A stretch of 64,000 bases of DNA from the human T2T-CHM13v2.0 reference genome, Homo sapiens: assembly GCF_009914755.1 (NCBI RefSeq), contig NC_060941.1; one strand, 5' to 3'. A model generated the notes under the pieces. It worked only from the letters and a program-made list of their open reading frames with translations, was not told the origin of the DNA and did not search any database. Below are positions 42,709-55,431 of the stretch, piece after piece (position 1 is the stretch's first letter; each line of letters begins with the position of its first letter). The position numbers and the translations under genes were made by a program.

Positions 42709-44559
42709 GACCTGGATGAGGCAATGGTTTCATTTCAAAAACCAAAAGCACAGGTAACAAATAAAAAATAGACTAATTGAATTTCATCAAACTTTACAAT
42801 TTTTGTGCATTAATGGAGACTAAAAGAAAGTAAAAGGACAGCTCACAGAATGGGAGAAAATATTTGCAAATCATATATCTCATAAGCATCTAGTATCCCG
42901 ATGCAAATCAGCAAGAGACAGAAAGCATATTAATGGTTGCCAGGAACTAGAAGGGAGAATGGGGAGTGACTGCTTAATGGGTGTAGGGTTTCTTTAACTC
43001 TAAAAGGGCTGCTTTTGAGGGGCATTGCAAATATTTTGAAATTAGATAATGGTGATAGGTACGTAACATTGCAAATGTACTAAAAGCACTGAATTGCACC
43101 TTAAAATGATGAATTTTACATTATGTGAATTTTACCTCAATAAAGAACGTTTAAAATTCAACAACAAAAAGACAACCCAGTTAGAAAATGGGCAAGGGAC
43201 TCGTATAGACATTTCTCCAAAGAAGATATACAAACGGCCCATAAGTACATAAAAACATGCTCAACATCAGTAGTCATTAGGGAAATGCAAATCAAAAGAT
43301 AGCACTTCACACCCACTAGGTGGCTATGATTAAAAAATGGAAAATAACAGGTGTTGGCAAGGCTGTAGAGAATTGGAGCACTCAGACATCGCTAGCTTGG
43401 GAATGTAAATGGTATACCCACTGTGGAAAGTTGTTTGGCAGTTCCTCAACCAGTTAAACATAGAATTCGCATATGACCCAGCAACTCCATTTCTGGGTAT
43501 ATACCCAAAAGAATAGAAAATGTATATTCAAAAAAAACCTTGTACACAATGTTCATAGCAGCATTATTCATAATAGCCCAACATAGAAACAACCCAAATG
43601 TCTATCCACTGATGAATGAATAAACAAAACATGGGATAATAATGCTCCATTAAATAGAACGTTACTTACCCAAAAAAGGAATTAAGTCATGATACATGCT
43701 CCAACATGACCAGACAAACCTTGACAACATTATACTACTAAGTGAAAGAAGTCAGACACAAAAGGCCACATACGGTACAATTCCACTGACATGAACTATC
43801 AAGAATTGGCAAATCAGTAAGAGACAGAAAGCAAATTAATGGTTGCCAGGAATTAGAAGGGAGAATGGGGTGTTACTGCTTTTGCAGGATGATGCAAATG
43901 TTTTGAAATTAGATAGTGGTGATAGGTGCACAACATTGTGAGTGTACTAAAAGCACTGAATTATACACTTTAAAATGGTGAATTTTACATTGTGTGAGTT
44001 TTACCTCAATTTAAGAAAATGGGACAATACCATATGTTTTTCAAGGTTTTGTGAAAATGATGAGTTAATATACATAAAAGTACTTAGAGGACTGCATGGC
44101 ACATATGAAGTGCTAAATAAATCTTGGCTTATTATTGCTTGTAGTACTAAGAGAGGGAAGATGAAAGTGTCAAGAGGATATTAAGGGGAACCAGCAGAGA
44201 AACTGGGACGCCAGCTTCCTCAGGGATGCTCCCTCACTCAGTTTGTGTCCTCATGAGTTTGTCTAAATGATCACAGTCCAGATCTCTCAAAGCCTTCTTT
44301 TAATTCTTCTGGAAACGTCTTTCTTCCAAAGCCACTACTCAGCTTGTTCAGTTAGTAGGCACAAACAGAATCTTCACCTGGGTCCTCACTCTTGCTGGGT
44401 TTGAGAAATGACTGCCCCCTCAAGAACATCAAGCTTATTTTTCTCATTCTGGGTTTCTTTGTTTCCTGCAGTTATGCCTCATGGAACATGGGTGGCTTGC
44501 TTTTCCTGGGCACATATAGTGCTTGATAGTATAGATTTTGTTCATATGACAAGTTCTTC

Positions 44560-45072
44560 TGTATCCGTCAGGGTTTCAGCTGGTAAGCAGAACTATGGTG
44601 AATTATGGGAGAGGAATTTGACCTTGCACAATTGTAGGGAATTGGCAAAGCGAAGGTCCAGGAGGGAGGGGATGAGAACCAAAGAAGAACTCACCATCCA
44701 TTTAATATGAGAACCCAAACACATTCAGGCACCAAGGTGGGGCCGCAAATGGAAAGCTCAAGTGGAATTCCGTGGGAAGCTGCCTCTGTAGCTTCTGCTC
44801 TAGGGGCCTACCTCCAAGCATTTGCTGATGAACTCAAGGCTGTTGCTGGTCCACAGGCTCAGGAGTCAAGGAGAAGAGCTGGATGCAGAGGGAAGAGAGC
44901 AAGAACATGCTGGAGCCTTGGTGGCCTTCACAAGTCACACTTCCATTCTTCCCTCCAAATTTCTTGAAAATGTCTCTTTTGTCCAACTCTAATGTGGAAC
45001 CATACAGGTTAGGGGGACATTGAGAAAACATAATTTCAGCTTTGCCAAGTGTGCATGGTACAAACCATGACA
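44560..45072 (-). mobile_element. ERVL-class LTR (LTR41/52-like)
   Basis: tgtatccgtcagggtttcagc...gaccttgcacaattgtaggga...; subfamily uncertain. Confidence 0.45.
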
Positions 45073-45181
45073 CATTCCTAATCTCCATAGGGGAAGTTAG
45101 ACAAATGAGATCTTAATTTGCATAGGAAAAAAACAGCATCAAGTGTCCAGATGTGGTTTCCAATAAATATTTAAAAGAATC

Positions 45182-45491
<310 letters not shown>

Positions 45492-45734
45492 TCATTGTAC
45501 AATTCTTTTGATTGGGGAATCATTATAAGAATTTTAAAAGGGAGAATGTATTGATTTAAAAATATTTAAAGAGATATTGTTCATATGAGCCCTTTACTCT
45601 TTCCCTTTGATGGCCATATTGAGTAACAGATCTGTTTGTCTGTTCACAGGCTGCAGAGGTGTCTGCATCCAGGTGGTATCTCAGACCAAGTGAATACAGG
45701 GAGAGTGACTTAACATGGGGAGAGAGAAGCATGA

Positions 45735-46301
45735 TGTATTAGTTGTCTATTGCTGCATAACAAATGACTCCAAAACTTAATGGCTTAAAACAACAAAGTT
45801 TCATTATCTCGTTGTTCCTATGGGTCAAGAATCTGAACCTGTCTTATCTGGGTGCCTCAGACTCAGGAACTCCTACCAGGCTGAATCAAGGGGTTGGCTG
45901 GAGCTATAGTCATCTCAGGATTTGGCTGGGGGAGAATCCACATCCAAACTCACACGGCTTTAGCAGGCTTTGGGTTCTTGCTGGTCATTGGCCAGAGACC
46001 TTGTTTTCTTGCCATTGGGTTACTCATAATATGGCATCTGGCTTTCTTCAGTGGGGGACTTGGGGAGGGAGTATAGAGAGGAAGAGGGAAGGAGAGAGAG
46101 AGAAAAAAGAGAGAAAGATAGAGAATACGCTTTTTAAAAAAACCTAATCTCAGAAGTAACATCCATCATTTTTGCCTTATTCTGTTTGTTAGAAGGGAGT
46201 CACTGAGTCCAGCCCACATTCTGTAAGAGGAGATAACACAAAGATGTGAGCACTAGGAGGTAAGGTCATGGAGGGGGGCATCTTAGAGGCTGCGTGCCAC
46301 A
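45735..46301 (-). mobile_element. MaLR LTR MLT1F-like
   Basis: tgtattagttgtctattgctgcataacaaat...ggggcatcttagaggctgcgtgccaca. Confidence 0.82.
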
Positions 46302-46825
46302 CATATGGGGCTTGAAAGGCTTTGCAGAGTTTTGACTTCATCTAAAAAGCAGTGGAAAAACCATTAAGCAGTGTTGTAAGATATGTATGTCTTCAAAGAA
46401 ACTGACTTTGTTTTCACTGGACAAGATCAACATAATGTTTCTAAATTTTTCTTATTTTCTTGATATTTTGCAATTTTGATTTTGTTCCTCTCTTTGGCCA
46501 AAGAATTAAGAGAAAGTTTAAAAATTTTCAGATAGCGCAGCATTTTTGTTGTTGCTGTTTTTCACTTCATTGTTATTTCATACTTTCAATGCTTTGTGTT
46601 CAGAAAAAATGCTCTATGTTATTTCTACTCTTTGAAATGTTCCAAAAATCTTTGAAAAGACTTTTTATTTCTTTTACTCTGATATATTCTTATATATTAT
46701 GTGAGACTTGTTTGTTGTGTGGCTTGGGACTACATGGTGTCATTCTACTTCATCTATCAAGCCCCTAAGAAAGATGTATTTGAATCTTCAAACGGGAATG
46801 AGTTTCTGTTTCTCCAGAAGGGTAA

Positions 46826-47122
46826 TTTTTTTTTTTTTTTTTTTGAGATGGAGTCTTGCTGTGTCACGAGGCTGGAGTGCAGTGGCATGATCTCGGCTCA
46901 CTGCAACCTCCGCCTCCGGATTCAAGCGATTCTCCTGCCTCAGCCTTCCAAGTAGCTGGGACTATAGGCACGTGCCCCCACGCCCTGCTAATTTTTGTAT
47001 TTTTAGTAGAGACGGGGTTTCACCATGTTGGCCAGGATGGTCTCCATCTCTTGACCTCGTGATCCACCCACTTCAGCCTCCCAAAATACTGGGATTACAG
47101 GCATGAGCCACCGAGCCTGGTC
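46826..47122 (-). mobile_element. AluSc
   Basis: ggatggtctccatctcttgacctcgtgatcc; TSD gaagggtaa. Confidence 0.93.
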
Positions 47123-47681
47123 CCCGAAGGGTAAATTTTATTAACCAAACACTGATTCATTTTTATTTACTGTGTAGTAACTTGTGGGGAATGTTTATTA
47201 TGTTATAAACTATATCCTTTATTATTTTAAAGAACCCTTCCTTGTCCAACATAATGATTTTTCACTTTTCTGGTTTACACTTGTTTGTTGTATCATTGAC
47301 CACCCCTCGATTTTCAGTTCTTTAGGTTATTTTGTTTTAAATGTCTCCCTCAGGTTTTGATTTTTGGTACAGCCTGCTGATATTTAAGGGAATAAAAGAT
47401 TTTAAAAGGTGAGTTGGTCTGACGTAAGTTAATTGATGAGACAACTTATTTTATTCTTATCATCTTGTTTTTCTATTTTTTTCTATTCTGAATGCTACTT
47501 TAAAAAAAAACTTATACTCTACAGTATTTGTTCCCTTTGTTTATTAACTATTCTTTTCTTCTGATACCTTGAAAAGTTATGAAGACTTTTTGTTCTTGCT
47601 GTGGTTATTTTATTTATTTTCTTGAATTTCACCTTTAAATAGTGTCCAACGTTCCCCTTATGTGAGATGAGAATCTTGATA

Positions 47682-48048
47682 TATATCTTAGTTCAGGCTG
47701 AAATAATGAATGACCACAGACTGGGTGTTTCACAGACAACATAAAATTTATTTCTCACAGTGCTGGAGGCTGAAAATTAGAGATCAGGGTGCTAGCACTG
47801 CCGGGTGCTGATGAGAGGTCTCTTATAGGTGCAGACTGCTGACTCTTTAATGTATCCTCACATGGCAGAAAGAGGGGAAGGGAGTTTTGGGGGTCTCTTT
47901 TATAAGGACACTAATTCCATTCACAAAGCCTTCACCTTTATGATATAATAATCTCCCAAAAATCATGCCTTCTATACTATCACCTTGTGGGTTTGGATTT
48001 CAACATGTGCATTTAGGGATGGCGAGATACAAACATTTCATCTATAAT
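47682..48048 (-). mobile_element. MaLR LTR MLT1A0-like
   Basis: accacagactgggtg...atttatttctcacagtgctggaggctg...tataaggacactaattccattca. Confidence 0.8.
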
Positions 48049-48490
48049 AGTATACTCTTCCTGTCTTCTATCTCTCTCTCTACCCTGATACTTCCATCAC
48101 TGATTAATTTGGTTACACTATTTTCCATTGTTTCTCTTGGGATTAACCTTATAAATGGAATCATACTTACAGTTCTATTATTTTATGTATCACCTCTATG
48201 TACTGTTTTTTTGACAGCCCTCCCTACCCTGTTATGAACGACAAGGAGGTCAGCCCACATATGTGATCCCCCACTTTCTTTCCACATCCCAATTCATGAG
48301 TTTCGTGAATTACATTATTATGTATTATCAAGGTAAGCATAAGTTTATATTTCCCAAAACTATTTAGCTTTAGTTTTGCATTGTATGTTGATGCATGAAA
48401 TCAATGGTTTTCCTTTGAGACTGCATTATGATGAACTGTACTTTTTCTTTCCATTTTATTGTTTGTTTTAGAAAATGCTCTAAAACCTTT

Positions 48491-48845
48491 TGTAGTAGTT
48501 GTTCTCAAACTGTTATAAAGATACTACCAGAGACTGGGTAATTTATAAAGAAATTGACTCACAGTTCGGCATGGCTGGGAAGGCCTCAGGAAACTTACAA
48601 TCATGGTGGAAGGGGAAACAAGCACGTCTTACATGGTGGCAGGTGAGTGAAGTAAAGTGTGAGCACAGGAAAAACTGCCACTTTAAAAATCATCAGATCT
48701 CATGAGACTCACTCACCATCACAAGAACAGCATGGGGGAAACCGCCCCCATAATCCAATCACCTCCCACCAGATTCCTCCCTTGACACGTGGGGATTACA
48801 ATTCAAGATGAGATTTTGGTGGGGACACAGAGCCAAACCATATCA
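48491..48845 (-). mobile_element. MaLR LTR THE1D (or MSTA-like)
   Basis: gagactgggtaatttataaag...ggcctcaggaaacttacaatcatgg...ggggacacagagccaaaccatatca; TSD ccttt/gcttt. Confidence 0.85.
48751..48761 (+). promoter_or_regulatory. Perfect DUX4 consensus motif TAATCCAATCA in THE1D
   Basis: Matches TAAYYBAATCA; binding not demonstrated. Confidence 0.5.
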
Positions 48846-48880
48846 GCTTTACACCCAGAAATCTTGAAGATTTGCACATA

Positions 48881-49662
48881 CAGATGGTCTGCTTTTTTGA
48901 CTTTATGATGGTGTGAAAGCGATATGCATTCAGTAGAAACAGTAGTTCAAGTCCCCATATAACCATTCTGTTTTTCACTTTTATTACAGTATTCAATAAA
49001 TTACATGAGATAGTCAACACTTTATTTTAAAATACGTTTTGTGTTAGATGATTTTGCCCAACTGTAGGCTAATGTAAGTGTTCTGAGCACATTTAAGGTA
49101 GGCTAGGATAAGCTATGATATTTGGTATGTGTGTCAGTCTATTTTGTGTTGCTATAAAGGAATGCCTGAGACTGCATAATTTATAAAGAAAAGAGATACA
49201 TTTGGCTCAAAGTTCTGCAGGCTGTACAAGAAGCATGGCACTATCATCTGCTTCTGGTGAAGCCTCAGGAAGCTTACAATAATGGAGGATGGCTAAGGGC
49301 AGGGGCAGGCATTTCACAAGGTGAGACAGGGAGCACAAGAGAGAGGAGGAGACACCAGGCTTTATTATTTGTTTTTAATTAAACAATCAGACCTCATGGT
49401 AACTAATAGAGCAAGAATTCACTAATTACCATGGGGAGGGCACCAAGCCTTTCATGAGGATCCACCTCCATGACCTAAACACCTTCCGCTAGGCTCCACC
49501 TCCAACACTCAGGATCACATTTCAACATGAGACTCAGAGAGGACAAACATCCAAACTATACCAGTAGGTAAGGTGTATTAAAATGTATTTTCCATTTAGG
49601 ATATTTTCAACTTATGATAGGTTTATTGGGATGTAACCTCATCATAAGTCAAGAATCATATG
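48881..49662 (-). mobile_element. MER47A (Tigger-derived), split by MSTB
   Basis: ttttgcccaactgtaggctaatgtaagtgttctgagcac; right half ggtttattgggatgtaacctcatcataagtcaag. Confidence 0.88.
49130..49563 (-). mobile_element. MaLR LTR MSTB/MSTB1
   Basis: ggctgtacaagaagcatggc...ggacaaacatccaaactatacca; TSD gtatg/gtagg. Confidence 0.88.
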
Positions 49663-49835
49663 TATTTCCATGGCCTTTATATCTGAATTTCAATTACTCC
49701 CCACCTCCCTGCTACCACCGTGAGAACTTTGTAGACATTGTTTCATAGTTTTGTAGTTTGAGTGTTGCTGTAGATAAGTTTTAGCATAAGCCTAATTTTA
49801 ATTTCTTCCTTGTATATGATTTCCTTGCACAGGTG

Positions 49836-50627
49836 TGGCTGTGTATGAGCCAACCCCTAAGGTGTCCCAGAATGGTCTCTTTGTTGCAGAATTCATGCCT
49901 TTGTGAAATCCCCTCCCCCTGGGGGTGGTCCATACCTGATGATTTGCTTCTAACAAATGAGATAAGGCAAAAATGATGGAGTATCACCTCCAGTATTAGC
50001 TTACAGAAAGACTGTGATTACATCTTGCTCTTCCTCTCTCACTCTCTAACTGACTCATGCCAAGTAGGGTTGCCAGATTTAGCAAATAAAAATACAGGAT
50101 GCCCAGGTAAATGTGAATTTCAGATAAGCAATGAATAATCTTTTAGTATAAGTATGTCTTGTGCAATATTTGGGACATACTTATACAAAAAAGTTATTTT
50201 TTTATCTGAAATTTGAATAATTGGACATCCTGTATTTTATCTGGCACCCCTAGCTCACAGAGAAGCCAGCTGTCATATTGTGAGTTGCTTTATGGAAGTG
50301 TCATGTGGCAAGGATCTGAGGACAGCCTCCAGCCAGCAGCCAGAAAAAAAACCCGAAGCTCTGAATTCAACAGCTCTTGAGGAATTGAATCTTGCCAACA
50401 ACCACATGCGTGAGCTTGGAAATGGATCCTCCCCTATCAAGACCTGACGTGACTGTAGCTGCTGTAGACATCATGGTTGCTGCTTCACGAGAGACCCTGA
50501 GCTAGAGGCCCCAGCTAAGCCACATTTAGATACCTGATTTACCAAAACCATGGGATAATATATTTTTCTTTTTATAAGCCACCAAGTTTTGGGATAATTT
50601 GTTGTGCATCAGTAGATAACTAACACA
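49836..50627 (+). mobile_element. MaLR LTR MLT1E/F-like, split by MER53
   Basis: gaattgaatcttgccaacaaccac...agtagataactaacaca; TSD aggtg. Confidence 0.78.
50065..50252. mobile_element. MER53 palindromic MITE
   Basis: tagggttgccagatttagcaaataaaaatacagga...tcctgtattttatctggcacccta; internal arms gtataagtatgtc / gacatacttatac. Confidence 0.9.
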
Positions 50628-50826
50628 AGGTGTCTGGTGAAGTTTTCTTAATCAAAACTCTTCCTTGAACTCCTCTAACATAATTAGAATACTTTTTACT
50701 GTTGGTATTTTTGTCTCCAAGGCAGGAATCTATAGATCCACCAGAGATTTTGCATCTTTCTTCAAATAGTTTTTCTGATCTATCATTTTTGTCTATTTCT
50801 TTTAAACTCTATACTTTTCAAATTAA

Positions 50827-51216
<390 letters not shown>

Positions 51217-51939
51217 TGACTGCCTCTGGTGTTATCTTCATTTCTGAAATTGTTTAATTTTTCTTTTCCATTTATTTCTTGAGATTTGTCAGTACACTCG
51301 TTGTCCCCTTCTATTGTTCTGTCATTTCTTTCTTATGCTCTTATATCTCTTCTTTGAGCTTTTATTTCAGGTTGAATTTTGTATCTTTCATTTCATATAG
51401 AACTCTGGTCATAATTTGTATTTACTTTGTTTTATAATATTTCCGAGGTGTGTCCTTTGTTAGCTTTCCTTCCTCTTCTCCCTCTCCGTTCACATTAGTT
51501 TGTTTATTTTCTTCATGATTATGGCTCTCCTTGGAATGTTCCCTGGATGAGTTCATTATAACAGTAAGAGTGAGGGGTTACAGGATGGATTTGGGATAGT
51601 GAACAAAGTGGAGTCTGATTCTACTGTCTCTAAGCGTTTTTACACAAGCATTTTCTCCTTCTATGGTTTTGCAGAACATCTACCTGGTCACAGGGAAGCT
51701 TCACATGTCACAGCTGTTTTTGGTGGGAGTGATTTTAGTCTTGGATTTTCCCTAGCAGATCAGAGTAGCATGCTTCCTGTGGGCTTTCATCCTCTTGGTT
51801 TTTCCTCCATGATGGCCTACTTTTTATAAAAGTGTCGGGTCCACATAATCTCACACTCAGCCCTACTGCCTCACTATTTCATGGTGCCAACTGTCAGGAG
51901 AACTCCCCTAGCTGACAATGGACCTCAGTTACCTTTCTA

Positions 51940-52305
<366 letters not shown>

Positions 52306-52746
52306 CTATCTTCCTGAATATTCTGTGCTCTGTCTATTTCATCCCAAAACCTGAGGGACATGAGTTCTCTTGCAGCATCTTCCCTCACCCTTGTTCAATT
52401 GTAACTGTCTGCATTAGTTGTGCCTCATCAATTGTGGTTTAAAGTTTCAAATATGTCTTAGTTTCACCAAATATGGAATTTTCCTTTCTGTTTCTCCTTC
52501 TCTTTGTTGTTTTCAGGTAGCTTCAAAGAGAAAAGAGGAGCAGAGATTCTCTTCTGATTACAGAAAAAAGCGTACTTAGGAAAAATTTAAACTATTCAAA
52601 AATACAGAGAGAGGAAAGTTAAAACACACAATAAACCTATTTATGCCAGAAATATCCCCTATTGCTAGAGGAGATCAGCATTATTGCCTGCCTGGATAGC
52701 ATGCAAAGGGGACTCCTAAGAAACATGCCTTAAAAAAGTAAACTTG

Positions 52747-53070
<324 letters not shown>

Positions 53071-53574
53071 ACACGTAAACTTGTCCTCAAGACCTGCCTC
53101 TGCTTTCTCTCATTGTTTCAAGCAAATAATAGGGGTGAAGATTCAGGATGGCTCAATCGGGGAAGTGTTATTCCTCCTTTGAGAAGAAAGGGATTATTTT
53201 CCAAAAGAACTGTAAGGCATGGCTAATGTACTGAAAAGATTTGAGAGAATATAGCTGGGCTCTGGAAGGTGTTGGACCAAAGAAGCTGAAATATAAGGCT
53301 GAGTAGTGTAAAGCATATTTATACAGGCATACTCTCCAATGACTATAGATTTAACATCCTGGCAAGGATACCAAAAGCTGGGCAAAATATGTTGGAAAGG
53401 CTTCTTTTTGAAGGTTGGAAACAGCAATGTTTTACAGAAAATAAAACAGAGATGGTGGAATTGCCCTGGCAGTTTTGAGGAAAGTGCCAATAGGCTCAGA
53501 TGTAGGCATGTTAAAATAGATTTTTATGTAAGACAAGACAACTTGCCAGTTGACTCTGTTCCCTAGAAGGGCTC

Positions 53575-54291
<717 letters not shown>

Positions 54292-55431
54292 GACCCAAAG
54301 GAAAGTACCTTCACTAAAGAAATAAATGTGCTAGTGAAGGGGACCCTAGCCTTGTTGAGCTCAGTGGCAGCTTCCTCTGTAGTCCAGAGTTGATGGCTAG
54401 AGATGCTGCTATGATGGTAAGATCCCTAGTATCAATGGAAATGATAGAATTCCATCCAGAATAGCAGGTGCAAGGTGGTGGCTCTTAATCAACAGGGGCA
54501 AGGTAGATTTAATTATCCATTATCCATTAATTATTTAATGAACACCAACAGTGGGATTGCAAGTGGGAGGTTTAGAACAACAGGACTCTATGGCAAAGAC
54601 TACTAGACCATGGTATCACTAGGGGCAACTAGCTGGGGAGGCAACAGGGGTATTACTTGGCTTATAAAACCAAAATAGACCAGGAGCAGATTATCAGAAT
54701 GCTGGTGTTGGCTGCCAAGTGGAATATAATAATCACACATCTGGTTTTCCAAACTGAACCGTTCTCAGATCCAGAATCGTGTGATTGATAGAGATGCTGG
54801 ATCCTTTTGCAGAAAATCTTATAATGCCTCAATAAATTTATAGTAGTAATTTCCCCAATCCTTCTCCAAAAGAATCTATACTGCAGAAAATAAAATACCT
54901 GTACAGTGTGCATTACACTATGCACTACAGAGATGAAAGTAGCCAAATATTTCAAGTGCTGTTGAATCCAGAGTTTGAGATGATGCTAATACCAGAGAAA
55001 CCAGAACACCATCATGATGCCCTGGTTAGGGTGGGTATGCGAAAGCCAGGTGATAAATAGAGTCTTGGCCCACGTTGATATTATGAATGTCCAATGAGTC
55101 TGCCAACTCACACTGTGATAATTTCATGGTCTCTGAGTGCTTAATTAGTTTGGATGCACCTAACAGCTGGAAGACCCCTCACCAGACCCCTGGCTTCTGA
55201 CCTGCATAGTGAGAGCCATTACAGTACAAAAGGCCAAGTGGAAGCCCCTGAAACTGCTCATTATCCCAATCAAGATGGTAAATTAGAAGGAATAACTCAT
55301 CCTAGCTGAAATGGCAGAAACTAGGGACACTTTCAGAGACTTAAAGTTTGCAGAGGTAGTGGTTTTTATATCTCATTTCATTCATTGGTATGGGACTTGC
55401 AAAAACCAAATGGATCGTAGAGGATGGTGGT

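Larger units (their letters stand above)
39936..44012 (+). mobile_element. L1MB-type (ORF2 3' part plus 3' UTR), multiply interrupted
   Basis: tctctattgatgcagaaaaggcatttg, gacatttctccaaagaagatatacaaa, aagtgaaagaagtcagacacaaaaggccacat; ends ttttacctcaat. Confidence 0.88.
39800..44140 (+). mobile_element. MIR split by L1MB (halves 39800-39935 and 44016-44140)
   Basis: MIR core ends aaaatggga at 39921 and resumes aaaatggga...tgagttaatatacataaaagtacttagag at 44016. Confidence 0.7.
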
